Program-made: the position numbers and the translations under genes | Part shown: in pieces, positions 23,872 to 37,854 of the stretch | Layout of the letters: each line of letters opens with the position of its first letter | Position numbering within the stretch: position 1 is the stretch's first letter | Source: Veleropilina oligotropha | Taxonomy: Eukaryota | NCBI GenBank assembly: GCA_048128005.1 | Contig: JBEUKZ010000065.1 | Location: 1 to 64,000, forward strand | Reading direction: 5' to 3' | Length of the DNA stretch: 64,000 nt | The notes under the pieces: generated by a model | The model's database searches: none | What the model was told of the DNA's origin: nothing | The model's input: the letters and a program-made list of their open reading frames with translations, nothing else

Positions 23872-25067
23872 GACATGAGTTCGCCGCGCATGCGCATAAG
23901 TACGGATTAATGACATGAGTTCGCCGCGCATGCGCATAAGTACGGATTAATGACATGAGTTCGCCGCGCATGCGCATAAGTACGGATTAATGACATGAGT
24001 TCGCCGCGCATGCGCATAAGTACGGATTAATGACATGAGTTCGCCGCGCATGCGCATAAGTACGGATTAATGACATGAGTTCGCCGCGCATGCGCATAAG
24101 TACGGATTAATGACATGAGTTCGCCGCGCATGAGTTCGCCGCGCACGAGTTCGCCGCGCACGAGTTCGCCGCGCACGAGTTCGCCGCGCACGAGTTCGCC
24201 GCGCACGAGTTCGCCGCGCACGAGTTCGCCGCGCATGCGCATAAGTACGGATTAATGACATGAGTTCGCCGCGCACGAGTTCGCCGCGCACGAGTTCGCC
24301 GCGCACGAGTTCGCCGCGCATGCGCATAAGTACGGATTAATGACATGAGTTCGCCGCGCATGCGCATAAGTACGGATTAATGACATGAGTTCGCCGCGCA
24401 TGCGCATAAGTACGGATTAATGACATGAGTCCGCCGCGCACGAGTTCGCCGCGCACGAGTTCGCCGCGCACGAGTTCGCCGCGCACGAGTTCGCCGCGCA
24501 TGCGCATAAGTACGGATTAATGACATGAGTTCGCCGCGCATGCGCATAAGTACGGATTAATGACACGAGTTCGCCGCGCATGAGTTCGCCGCGCATGAGT
24601 TCGCCGTGCACGAGTTCGCCGCGCACGAGTTCGCCGCGCACGAGTTCGCCGCGCACGAGTTCGCCGCGCACGAGTTCGCCGCGCACGAGTTCGCCGCGCA
24701 CGAGTTCGCCGCGCACGAGTTCGCCGCGCACGAGTTCGCCGCGCACGAGTTCGCCGCGCACGAGTTCGCCGCGCACGAGTTCGCCGCGCACGAGTTCGCC
24801 GCGCACGAGTTCGCCGCGCATGCGCATAAGTACGGATTAATGACATGAGTTCGCCGCGCACGAGTTCGCCGCGCATGAGTTCGCCGCGCATGAGTTCGCC
24901 GCGCATGAGTTCGCCGCGCACGAGTTCGCCGCGCACGAGTTCGCCGCGCACGAGTTCGCCGCGCACGAGTTCGCCGCGCACGAGTTCGCCGCGCACGAGT
25001 TCGCCGCGCACGAGTTCGCCGCGCACGAGTTCGCCGCGCATGCGCATAAGTACGGATTAATGACATG
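23872..25067. repeat. Compound satellite of 40-bp units with runs of a nested 15-bp unit
   Basis: GACATGAGTTCGCCGCGCATGCGCATAAGTACGGATTAAT interleaved with (GAGTTCGCCGCGCAC)n. Confidence 0.95.
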
Positions 25068-25484
25068 CACAGTTTAGGTCGATTCTTAGCTTTCGAGGAC
25101 GGCAAAAGAAAAGAAGGCTTAAAGCAATAATATAAATTTAGAAGAAATAAAAATTTATAATAGCCATGTAAAGATGTTGACTGAAATCCCGCGTTTGGCG
25201 AGAAATGGATGAGTTCAATGAAAGTGAACGTTGGCTAATGTCGCCAAACTATTAAAGTTGAACCATCTTCTGAACAAAACTACAATCTGAAATAGAACCG
25301 TCAACTAACACAACATGGTTGCCAGTAATAAAAATGTTTGTACGATGCTGACTCGTCGAATAGCATCATGAATAATGCTTAACATAAAGTTCATCTATCA
25401 AAATAACTCTCATCTATCATAATAACGCTATTACAATGTAATATATATATAATATGAGATAGCAAAAAACAAAGTATATTATAA

Positions 25485-28213
25485 GTTACATGGTGCGTTG
25501 GTGACCTAATATGGTATATACAGGGTGAGTAAAATTCATATCAGGCGAGAGCGAAGCTCGAGCCTGATATGATTTTTACTCACCCTGTATATACCATATT
25601 AGGTCACCAACAAACCATGTAACGAATATATCTTACCGACAACCTTTTTTTACACTGTAACCTGTCTAAACCGGTTTCTGTCTAATTCAGAAACCACTGT
25701 AGACCGAATTGGTCTGGATCCTGTTCTTGTAATAACCATGGAAATCATTAAATCTACATCTGTAATTGACAACCTGTCTATTCTGGATACATTTATCTTA
25801 TTGGTAGTAACGTAGTTTACAGAGGTTTCAATGTAATATATTGTAATAATAGTTAACAAATATATTTCATTCAAATTTCATTTTTATTCCGGTAAACAGC
25901 AATAAATAGGAATATATGTAAACAATAACAATACAACAATTAGAGTTATCAGTCTCATTTCGGTATAATTATTCGTAGAAACAAATTAAACAATCACATA
26001 TTTTGGGGGGGCTTCAAAAAATAATAAAATATTTAACAGCAAATTGCAATTGATTTATCATTAATACTGGTATTTGAAATACCTGATATATTCGTAAATT
26101 AATCATGTAATAATTACATATCTATAGTCAATAAACTCTAGTCCAAGATTAGGAGGTATTTTCTTAAAAAATAATATTTCAAACTTTGCTAATTTTACCC
26201 ATCAGGGAATTAGATGTATGTAAATATATTCCAAATCTATATACATAAATTGCGTCCGTCACTTATTAATTGTCAAGTTTTGTATCACGGTTACATTTCC
26301 GTAGAAAATTTGTGGGTTTGACTGCATATTTTGTGTTGTAGTACACGTGGCTGTGCTGGAAGTTGTAGACACAAAATCACAGAGCACCTGACTGAGATCA
26401 ATGTCTTTCAAATAATCCAAAACAGGATCAGTAATGGGGACTGGCTGGGGGAGAGCACGCTGGTTGGACGGAACAATGTTACTTGTAGTGGGGACTGGCT
26501 GAGGTAGAGCTAGCTGGTTGGCCGGAACAATGTTACTGGTTAAAGTCTGTCCCATTTTGATTTTTTCATCATCGTCTACTCTCTGGTACACTGCGAGAGA
26601 TTGTACAGATTTATGGCCTGTTACTGCCATAATTTGGGCTGCCCCGAACATGGATTTCGATAAAATCGTTGCTCCTGTAGCACGTATGGAGTAATTCGTG
26701 TACATTTTTGAGAGTCTACAGCTCTTGCTGAGTTGTGTCATAAATCCACAGAGTTTTTTTCTCTCCAAGAGGTGACTTACAGTACCACGTAAGCTGATCA
26801 TCCACAAAGCTATCCAATGGTTTTTGCCAAAGACGATCTAGGTCCGGATGAAGTTTGGCTATGCACTTTTCATATGATGAAACAGCACAGTATGGAGATC
26901 CTGAAAAGATATAAGATTTCAAAACCTAAAACATTTTGTAATTTTATTTCATGAAAATTTGATTATTGGTCAAATAAAGTATGCATACTTGTAAATTTAC
27001 CTGAACCACAGTCTCAGCTACCAGTACTAGTTATATTGTAACATTTAATTTTCATTCTTTAATATCTTCATTGAATGAACAAAAAAAAATCAGTTCAGAA
27101 AAAGAAACTATCAATTAAAAATCAATACTACATTTTCCCCATAAAACATGAGTGCACACTTTTGATTGATACATTACTGTGACTAATTTACAGCCAGAGG
27201 GGATTGACTGTTATGAAAATAATTGTACATCATGATCATTACTGACTATGCACGGCATGAGTTGACCCCCATATTTTAGACATAATTTACGATTTAACTT
27301 TAATCAGTAATTAGGCCTATGATTAATATAATATTTGATCTAATCTGGAATTGATTTTTCTTTGTCATGACTTTGTTGATATTTACCTGGGCACTCTGGC
27401 ATAATGCCCGAGATGTTTTCCTTATCATTCTGCCTGTGATTTTTCGTCATCTCGTCCAGTATTTTCGTCACATATTTCAGACCAGTTTTGGGGTCGTTTT
27501 GGATTCCAAAAGTAGATTTCGTCATTTTTAACATATTTTCGGAGCCTCTTCTAAAGAAATAAAGTCGGATATCAAACTGTACTTTGTTAGCAAGGCCTGA
27601 TGGAGTGTTTGGAGACATGTGTAGAGATCCATACAAGTCATTTCGGTCACCTTCATTGATCACAGGATGATGGTCGATTTGACCGAGTCCCATGCGTTTT
27701 ACTTCAGCCATCATTGCACGGAAGTTTGTGTTTGCATCACTAAAATCAGGACCCCTTACGATGTCAAACTTCTTATTGTGAGGAGGGGACTTCAGGTACC
27801 TGTTTAATCCATTTCTTAAAGCCTCGAGAGACGTTCCTTTATAATGTGTTCCGTCCGGCTTTCTCACATCCATGTACAAGTGCGAAAGCACCTCATTCAA
27901 CCTTACAGCATCGTAGGTTTCAAAATGAGTATCTTGGCCTTTTTCGGACAAATAATCCTTCAGGATGTTGGCACATTTCTTATTAGCCTTCAGCGTATTG
28001 TCAGCGCTAAGTCGTAACCGTTTCTCTTCACATTCCTGTGGTGTCGTCTGCGCGAATCTGGCTGCCATATTGTTTATTGATTTGTAATGCCACAGGGGCG
28101 ATAACTCTAAACTGACCCCATATGGAGGTGAAGTAACCCCATATGGATTATACACGGTCGACACGTGATGGGCCCAATCGCTATCGTGGAAACTTGTTGG
28201 AGGTAAGATATAT
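25485..28213 (-). mobile_element. Crypton (tyrosine-recombinase DNA transposon)
   Basis: YR/DUF3504-like gene, long terminal hairpin 25485-25623, inverted ATATATCTTACC (25626-25637) / GGTAAGATATAT (28202-28213); exact ends uncertain. Confidence 0.75.
26259..28068 (-). pseudogene. Crypton tyrosine recombinase; exons 28068-27387 and 26900-26259, with a +1 frameshift
   Basis: VRKPDGTHYKGTSL..LNRYL..YFFRRGSEN..TKNHR..MPECPG|SPYCAVSSY..WYCKSPLGEK..YTNYSIRATGAT..IMAVTGHKSVQSLAVY; CCAG|GTAAAT..TTTTCAG|GA intron; extra A in an A7 run near 26754-26760. Confidence 0.85.
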
Positions 28214-28804
28214 ATTATATATTATCTGAAATATATAACATCAGTACAGATTAAAACACAATATAGTTTTTCGTAACTTGTTTTATTTCGCAAAGTATAA
28301 TATTTATGTTAGTTTAAATGTAAGAAAACAATACAAGATAAAATTGATGTGAAAGAATAGCATAACATTTTAGTATTTTCAACCGCTGTTTCTTCATCCT
28401 GCAATCCAAAATAGCAAATCGGGGACGGGGTAAATAAGTTTAAGATGGTTTTGTACCTATCGGTATGTGCAGTAACTGAAGTGCCAACTGGCATTCATTA
28501 TATCAGAAAGCGTTTTAGGTAACGTTAGCTAACGTACGCTTCATTGAACTTGACCCAGAACATCTTGACGAACCAGCAAGCAAGTTTGACAGGGTTTCGG
28601 CGGACTTATAACAGAATAAAGCTGAACAAACAAGTGGTGAAAATAAGTTTCATTCATACAAATAAAGGCAAGTAACAGTAGTTAAATAGTTTATTACATC
28701 ATATTTAAAACAATAATGAATAAAGGATCTCATATGAGTGGTAATGTAATATCACATTTATAAAACGAGTTTAACTAATTTTAATATTTTCCGAGGCTTG
28801 CCGA

Positions 28805-29432
28805 GGACCAGATATGCTCAGCACTCAACCTACACGCACCGACCAGATATGCTAGGCACTCAACCTGCACGCACCGACCAGATATGCTCAGGACTCAACC
28901 TGCACGCACCCACCAGATATGCTCAGGACTCAACCTGCACGCACCGACCAGATATGCTCAGCACTCAACCTGCACGCACCGACCAGATATGCTCAGCACT
29001 CGACCTGCACACACCGACCAGATGCTCAGCACTCAACCTGCACGCACCGACCAGATATGCTCAGCACTCGACCTGCACGCACCGACCAGATGCTCAGCAC
29101 TCAACCTGCACGCACCGACCAGATATGCTCAGCACTCAACCTGCACGCACCGACCAGATATGCTCAGCACTCAACCTGCACGCACCGACCAGACATGCTC
29201 AGCACTCAACCTGCACGCACCGACCAGATATGCTCAGCACTCAACCTGCACGCACCGACCAGATGTTCAGCACTCAACCTGCACGCACCGACCAGATGCT
29301 CAGCACTCAACCTGCACGCACCGACCAGATGCTCAGCACTCAACCTGCACGTACCGACCAGATATGCTCAGGACTCAACCTGCACGCACCGACCAGATAT
29401 GCTCAGGACTCAACCTGCACGCACCGACCAGA
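28805..29432. repeat. 35/33-bp satellite, left block
   Basis: Unit GACCAGAT(AT)GCTCAGCACTCAACCTGCACGCACC. Confidence 0.97.
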
Positions 29433-30874
29433 TTATTAGTGCTTCGCAGCTTAAAAGCGCGAAGCACTATTGTTATTGTAGGAATTATTATTATTATTAT
29501 TTATTTTCTCCCCTTTTTCCTTCCAGCTGTAACTCAAAAACTGCTTTGGTCAAGCTTTTCAAACTTTCACGAAACATGGGTACAAACGCGAAGCAGTGCA
29601 TCGCAAAATTTTGACTGTCTAGGAATTGCGGTTTGGCCGCCATTTTGAATATATTAAAACTCTAAAAAAATCTTCTTCTCAAAAACCGCCAATGACAGCG
29701 AGGGAAGACTTTCCAGATATGATTGACGTACTAAGGGGAAGTTAAATTGCAAGCGAAAAATCGATCGGTCGTAAAAGGAGGCCGCTGCGTGCGTCTGAAG
29801 ATTGCGGCGCGCATTTAAATAGCGAAATCAATTTAAAATGGCTATATCTGGAAAATGATGCACCATAGACCCATGGTTACTATGGGGAGCCTATGGGAAG
29901 TCATGGTTGGGCTTTCAAATTTGACCTTGACCTTTGACCTCAGTTGACCTACATTGCAGGAAATGCCCTAATTAAGGAAAAATGCATATATGTGGGCCTA
30001 TAGTGCATGAAATGAACTCCTATTGTCGTGTGTTGTCAACATTTACCAAATTTACAAGATAAAATTGAAAAACAGGAAGTGCCTCGACGGCCATTAAAGC
30101 TTTTCTTTCAAGTGGCAATATATCAACAATGATGCGCCGTGGACACATAGTTACTATGGGGAGCCTATGGGAAGTCATGGTTGGGCTTTAAAATGTGACC
30201 TTGACCGTTGACCTCAGTTGACCTACATTGCGAAAAATGACCTATTTAAGGAAAAATGCATATATGCTTGCCCATAGTGGATAAAATGAACTCCTATTGA
30301 CGTGCGTAGTCACTATTTACCAAATTTCCAAGATAAAATTAAAAAACAGGAAGTGCCTCGGCGGCCATTAAAGCATTTGTTAGAAGTGGCAATATATCAA
30401 CAAGGATGCACCGTGGACACATAGTTACTATGGGGACCCTATGGGAAGTCATGGTTGATCTTTCACATGTGACCTTGACCTTTGACCTCAGTTGACCTAC
30501 ATTGCAGAAAATGACCTAATTAAGGAAAACGACATATTTTCGCCAGAAAATGGTCAGGAAATGGCAAACTCTGTTAATATTGATGCTAGCACTTAGATAT
30601 TTTAAATTAGGATAATAAAAAAATGCGAAAAAAAAAAAATGGCTACCATGACCATTTTGTTCATAACCCATTGCTATGATGTTATGGAGCTTAGATATTT
30701 TAAATTTGGATAATAAAAAAATTCGCATAAAATAAAATGGCCTCCACATTTTCCATAACTCGAGACCGACGTGGCGTACAGATCTGAAATTTGCGGCATT
30801 CTCAAAAAAAAAATATTAAATTTATAATTGCTATGATTAGTGCGAAGCACTGTACAGCTGCTTGCAGCTTTAAT
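29433..30874 (+). mobile_element. Helentron/Helitron2-associated non-autonomous element (HINE)
   Basis: 5' AGTGCTTCGC..GCGAAGCACT inverted pair, (ATT)n microsatellite, ~270-bp internal repeats (GTTACTATGGGGAGCCTATGGGAAGTC..TGACCTTGACC), 3' GCGAAGCACT plus hairpin AGCTGC-TT-GCAGCT, T-rich insertion site. Confidence 0.75.
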
Positions 30875-31794
30875 TATTATTATTATTTAATACATTTATA
30901 ATGCGCCTATTCTAGTGTAGCTCTAAGCGCAGTACAAACTATAACTAATATTACAGTACAATGTACACAAGAATATACAGGAGAGACATCAATGATACAT
31001 ACTATGAATGCAATAAGCAATAATAATAAACAGAATATTTTTTTGAGTATTTTCAATTTTATTAATTTTTTTTTTTTTACAAGCGCAATCAGACAAAGAG
31101 GTGAAGCAGCCCCTGCGTGAACTTCAACCAACTTTGAATGATACATATGATGAATGCTATAAGCAATAACAATGAACAGATGTGAAGCAGTCATTACTGT
31201 CCTCCTATTACGATGTCAGCTGAATTGTTAGTGAGATTTGATCAGATTGGCATATACATCAGCAAATAGGTGTGTTTTCAACGTCTTCCGAAAACTTGTC
31301 TGAGATGTGCTTTCCTTTACTTTAGATGGGAGTTTGTTCCAGAGTTTTGGGGCATTGTTGATAAATGCTCTATCGCCATATTTATTCATTGTTCTATTCT
31401 CTGTCAACTGTTGTAATTGCTGCGACCTAAGTGCTCTAATAGGTCGATATTGAGCCAGAAGTTCAATAATATATCCAGGCGCTTTTCCTTGAAGAGAATT
31501 GTAAACGAATGTAAGAATTTTGAAGAGAATCCGTTTCTCAACAGGGAGCCAGTGTAGGCTATATAGCAGCGGGGTTGCATGGTCCCTTGGCTGGGCAAGT
31601 AAAATCAGCCTGGTTGCGGCATTCTGAACTTGCTGCAATCTGTTAATGAGGCTTGCGTTTATTCCGAAAAGTAAACTGTTGGAATAATCAAGGCAAGATA
31701 TGACATATGCATGCAAAAGAAACTTCGTTGCATCTGGTGTTAAAAAACGACGGATGCGTCTGATGTTTCTTAGAAAGAATAATGAGCATTTAAT
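30875..31794 (-). mobile_element. L2-clade LINE, 5'-truncated (ORF remnant 31228-31794 plus 3' UTR)
   Basis: LRNIRRIRRFLT..LDYSNSLL..LQQVQNAATRLI..LHWLPVEKRILFKI..APGYI..RAF..APKLWNKLP; 3' GCGC..GCGC-ATTATAAAT-(AAT)n tail. Confidence 0.88.
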
Positions 31795-34700
31795 GCTCAG
31801 CACTCAACCTGCACGCACCCACCAGATGCTCAGCACTCAACCTGCACGAACCCACCAGATGCTCAGCACTCAACCTGCACGCAACGACCAGATATGCTCA
31901 GCACTCAACCTGCACGCACCGTCCAGATATGCTCAGCACTCAACCTGCACGCAACGACCAGATGCTCAGCACTCAACCTGCACACACCGACCAGATATGC
32001 TCAGCACTCAACCTGCACGCACTGACCAGATGCTCAGCACTCAACCTGCACGCACCGACCAGATATGCTCAACACTCAACCTGCACGTACCGACCAGATA
32101 TGCTCAGCACTCAACCTGCACGCACCGACCAGATATGCTCAGGACTCGACCTGCACGCACCGACCAGATATGCTCAGAACTCAACCTGCACGCACCGACC
32201 AGATGCTCAGAACTCAACCTGGACGCACCGACCCGATATGCTCAGCACTCGACCTCCACGCACCGACCAGATATGCTCAGCACTCAACCTGCACGCACCG
32301 ACCAGATATGCTCAGCACTCAACCTGCACGCACCGACCAGATATGCTCAGCACTCAACCTGCACTCACCGACCAGATATGCTCAGCACTCAACCTGCGCG
32401 CACCGACCAGATATGCTCAGCACTCAACCTGCGCGCACCGACCAGATATGCTCAGCACTCAGCACTGACCAGATATGCTCAGCACTCAACCTGCACTCAC
32501 CGACCAGATATGCTCAGCACTCAACCTGCGCGCACCGACCAGATATGCTCAGCACTCAACCTGCACGCACCGACCAGATGCTCAGCACTCGACCTCCACG
32601 CACCGACCAGATATGCTCAGCACTCAACCTGCACGCACCGACCAGATATGCTCAGCACTCAACCTGCACGCACCGACCAGATATGCTCAGCACTCAACCT
32701 GCACGCACCGACCAGATATGCTCAGCACTCAACCTGCACTCACCGACCAGATATGCTCAGCACTCAACCTGCGCGCACCGACCAGATATGCTCAGCACTC
32801 AACCTGCGCGCACCGACCAGATATGCTCAGCACTCAACCTGCACGCACCGACCAGATATGCTCAGCACTCAGCACTGACCAGATATGCTCAGCACTCAAC
32901 CTGCACTCACCGACCAGATATGCTCAGCACTCAACCTGCGCGCACCGACCAGATATGCTCAGCACTCAACCTGCACGCACCGTCCAGATATGCTCAGCAC
33001 TCAACCTGCACGTACCGACCAGATATGCTCAGCACTCAACCTGCACGCACTGACCAGATGCTCAACACTCAACCTGCACGTACCGACCAGATATGCTCAG
33101 CACTCAACCTGCACGCACCGACCAGATATGCTCAGGACTCGACCTGCACGCACCGACCAGATATGCTCAGGACTCCACCTGCACGCACCGACCAGATGCT
33201 CAGCACTCAACCTGCACTCACCGACCAGATGCTCAGGACTCAACCTGCACGCACCGACCAGATGCTCAGCACTCAACCGGCACGCACCGACCAGATATGC
33301 TCAGGACTCAACCTGCACGCACCGACCAGATATGCTCAGGACTCGACCTGCACGCACTGACCAGATGCTCAACACTCAACCTGCACGTACCGACCAGATA
33401 TGCTCAGCACTCAACCTGCACGCACCGACCAGATATGCTCAGGACTCAACCTGCACGCACCGACCAGATATGCTCAGGACTCGACCTGCACGCACCGACC
33501 AGATATGCTCAGAACTCAACCTGGACGCACCGACCCGATATGCTCAGCACTCAACCTGCACGCACCGACCAGATATGCTCAGCACTCAACCTGCACGCAC
33601 CGACCAGATATGCTCAGCACTCAACCTGCACTCACCGACCAGATATGCTCAGCACTCAACCTGCGCGCACCGACCAGATATGCTCAGCACTCAACCTGCA
33701 CGCACCGACCAGATATGCTCAGCACTCAACCTGCATGCACCGACCAGATATGCTCAGCACTCAACCTGCACGCACCGACCAGATGCTCAGCACTCAACCT
33801 GCACGCACCGACCAGATATGCTCAGCACTCAACCTGCACGCACCGACCAGATATGCTCAGCACTCAACCTGCACGCACCGACCAGATATGCTCAGCACTC
33901 AACCTGCACTCACCGACCAGATATGCTCAGCACTCAACCTGCGCGCACCGACCAGATATGCTCAGCACTCAACCTGCACGCACCGACCAGATATGCTCAG
34001 CACTCAACCTGCACGCACCGACCAGATATGCTCAGCACTCAACCTGCACTCACCGACCAGATATGCTCAGCACTCAACCTGCGCGCACCGACCAGATATG
34101 CTCAGCACTCAACCTGCACGCACCGACCAGATATGCTCAGCACTCAACCTGCATGCACCGACCAGATATGCTCAGGACTAAACCTGCACGCACCGACCAG
34201 ATGCTCAGCACTCGACCTGCACGCACCGACCAGATATGCTCAGCACTCAACCTGCACGCACCGACCAGATATGCTCAGCACTCAACCTGCACACACCGAC
34301 CAGATATGCTCAGCACTCAACCTGCACGCACCGACCAGATATGCTCAGGACTCGACCTGCACGCACCGACCAGATATGCTCAGCACTCAACCTGCATGCA
34401 CCGACCAGATGCTCAGCACTCAACCTGCACGCACCGACCAGATATGCTCAGCACTCAACCTGCACGCACCGACCAGATATGCTCAGCACTCAACCTGCAC
34501 GCACCGACCAGATATGCTCAGCACTCAACCTGCACGCACCGACCAGATGCTCAGCACTCAACCTGCGCGCACCGACCAGATATGCTTAGGACTCAACCTG
34601 CATGCACCGACCAGATATGCTCAGCACTCAACCTGCACGCACCGACCAGATGCTCAGCACTCAACCTGCGCGCACCGACCAGATATGCTTAGGACTCAAC

Positions 34701-37700
34701 CTGCATGCACCGACCAGATATGCTCAGGACTCCACCTGCACGCACCGACCAGATATGCTCAGCACTCAACCTGCACGCACCGACCAGATATGCTCAGGAC
34801 TCAACCTGCACGCACCGACCAGATATGCTCAGCACTCAACCTGCACGCACCGACCAGATATGCTCAGCACTCAACCTGCGCGCACCGACCAGATGCTCAG
34901 CACTCAACCTGCATGCACCGACCAGATATGCAGGACTCCACCTGCACGCACTGACCAGATGCTCAACACTCAACCTGCACGCACCGACCAGATGCTCAGC
35001 ACTCAACCTGCACGCACCGACCAGATATGCTTAGCACTCACCCTGCACGCACCGACCAGATATGCTCAGCACTCAACCTGCATGCACCGACCAGATATGC
35101 AGGACTCCACCTGCACGCACTGACCAGATATGCTCAGCACTCAACCTGCACTCACCGACCAGATATGCTCAACACTCAACCTGCACGTACCGACCAGATA
35201 TGCTCAGCACTCGACCTGCACGCACCGACCAGATATGCTCAGCACTCAACCTGCACGCACCGACCAGATATGCTCAGCACTCAACCTGCACGCACCGACC
35301 AGATGCTCAGCACTCAACCTGCGCGCACCGACCAGATATGCTTAGGACTCAACCTGCATGCACCGACCAGATATGCTCAGCACTCAACCTGCACGCACCG
35401 ACCAGATGCTCAGCACTCAACCTGCACGCACCGACCAGATATGCTCAGCACTCAACCGGCACGCACCGACCAGATATGCTCAGCACTCAACCTGCACGCA
35501 TCGACCAGATATGCTCAGCACTCAACCTGCACGCACCGACCAGATATGCTCAGCACTCAACCGGCACGCACCGACCAGATATGCTCAGCACTCAACCTGC
35601 TCGCACCGACCAGATATGCTCAGCACTCAACCGGCACGCACCGACCAGATATGCTCAGCACTCAACCTGCACGCATCGACCAGATATGCTCAGCACTCAA
35701 CCTGCACGCACCGACCAGATATGCTCAGGACTCGACCTGCACGCACCGACCAGATATGCTCAGAACTCAACCTGGACGCACCGACCCGATATGCTCAGCA
35801 CTCGACCTCCACGCACCGACCAGATGCTCAGCACTCGACCTGCACGCACCGACCAGATATGCTCAGCACTCAACCTGCACGCACCGACCAGATGCTCAGC
35901 ACTCGACCTGCACGCACCGACCAGATATGCTCAGCACTCAACCTGCACGCACCGACCAGATATGCTCAGCACTCAACCTGCACGCACCGACCAGATATGC
36001 TCAGCACTCAACCTGCACTCACCGACCAGATATGCAGGACTCCACCTGCACGCACTGACCAGATGCTCAACACTCAACCTGCACGTACCGACCAGATATG
36101 CTCAGCACTCAACCTGCACGCACCGACCAGATATGCTCAGCACTCAACCTGCTCGCACCGACCAGATATGCTCAGCACTCAACCTGCACGCACCGACCAG
36201 ATATGCTCAGCACTCAACCGGCACGCACCGACCAGATATGCTCAGCACTCAACCTGCACGCATCGACCAGATATGCTCAGCACTCAACCTGCACGCACCG
36301 ACCAGATGCTCAACACTCAACCTGCACGCACCGACCAGATATGCTCAGGACTCAACCTGCACGCACCGACCAGATATGCTCAGGACTCCACCTGCACGCA
36401 CCGACCAGATGCTCAGCACTCAACCTGTGAGCACCGACCAGATATGCTCAGCACTCAACCTGCACGCACCGACCAGATGCTCAGCACTCAACCTGCGTGC
36501 ACCGACCAGATATGCTCAGCACTCAACCTGCACGCACCGACCAGATATGCTCAGCACTCAACCTGCACGCACCGACCAGATATGCTCAGCACTCGACCTG
36601 CACGCACCGACCAGATATGCTCAGCACTCACCGACCAGATATGCCCAGCACTCAACCTGCTCGCACCGACCAGATATGCTCAGCACTCAACGACCAGATA
36701 TGCTCAGCACTCAACCTGCTCGCACCGACCAGATATGCTCAGCACTCAACCTGCACGCACCGACCATATATGCTCAGCACTCAACCTGCACGCACCGACC
36801 AGATATGCTCAGCACTCAACCTGCACGCACCGACCAGATATGCTCAGCACTCGACCTGCACGCACCGACCAGATATGCTCAGCACTCACCGACCAGATAT
36901 GCCCAGCACTCAACCTGCACACACCGACCAGATGCTCAGCACTCGACCTGCACGCACCGACCAGATGCTCAGCACTCAACCTGCACGCACCGACCAGATA
37001 TGCTCAGCACTCGACCTGCACGCACCGACCAGATATGCTCAGCACTCAACCTGCACGCACCGACCAGATATGCTCAGCACTCAACCTGCACGCACCGACC
37101 AGATATGCTCAGCACTCGACCTGCACGCACCGACCAGATATGCTCAGCACTCAACCTGCACGCACCGACCAGATATGCTCAGCACTCAACCTGCTCGCAC
37201 CGACCAGATATATGCTCAGCACTCAACCTGCACGCACCGACCAGATATGCTCAGCACTCAACCTGCACGCACCGACCAGATATGCTCAGCACTCAACCTG
37301 CACGCACCGACCAGATATGCTCAGCACTCAACCTGCACGCACCGACCAGATATGCTCAGCACTCAACCTGCTCGCACCGACCAGATATATGCTCAGCACT
37401 CAACCTGCACGCACCGACCAGATATGCTCAGCACTCAACCTGCACGCACCGACCAGATATGCTCAGCACTCAACCTGCACGCACCGACCAGATATGCTCA
37501 GCACTCAACCTGCTCGCATCGACCAGATATGCTCAGCACTCGACCTGCACGCACCGACCAGATATGCTCAGCACTCCACCTGCTCGCACCGACCAGATAT
37601 GCTCAGCACTCAACCTGCACGCACCGACCAGATATGCTCAGCACTCAACCTGCGTGCACCGACCAGATATGCTCAGCACTCGACCTGCACGCACCGACCA

Positions 37701-37854
37701 GATATGCTCAGCACTCAACCTGCACGCACCGACCAGATATGCTCAGCACTCGACCTGCACGCACCGACCAGATATGCTCAGCACTCAACCTGCACGCACC
37801 GACCAGATATGCTCAGCACTCAACCTGCACGCACCGACCAGATGCTCAGCACTC
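31795..37854. repeat. 35/33-bp satellite, right block (~6 kb)
   Basis: Same unit as 28805-29432. Confidence 0.97.

Noticed and set aside
23872..25067. CRISPR-like alternation of a constant block and variable-length intervals
   Set aside because: The intervals are copies of one 15-mer, not unique spacers; eukaryotic intron, no cas genes
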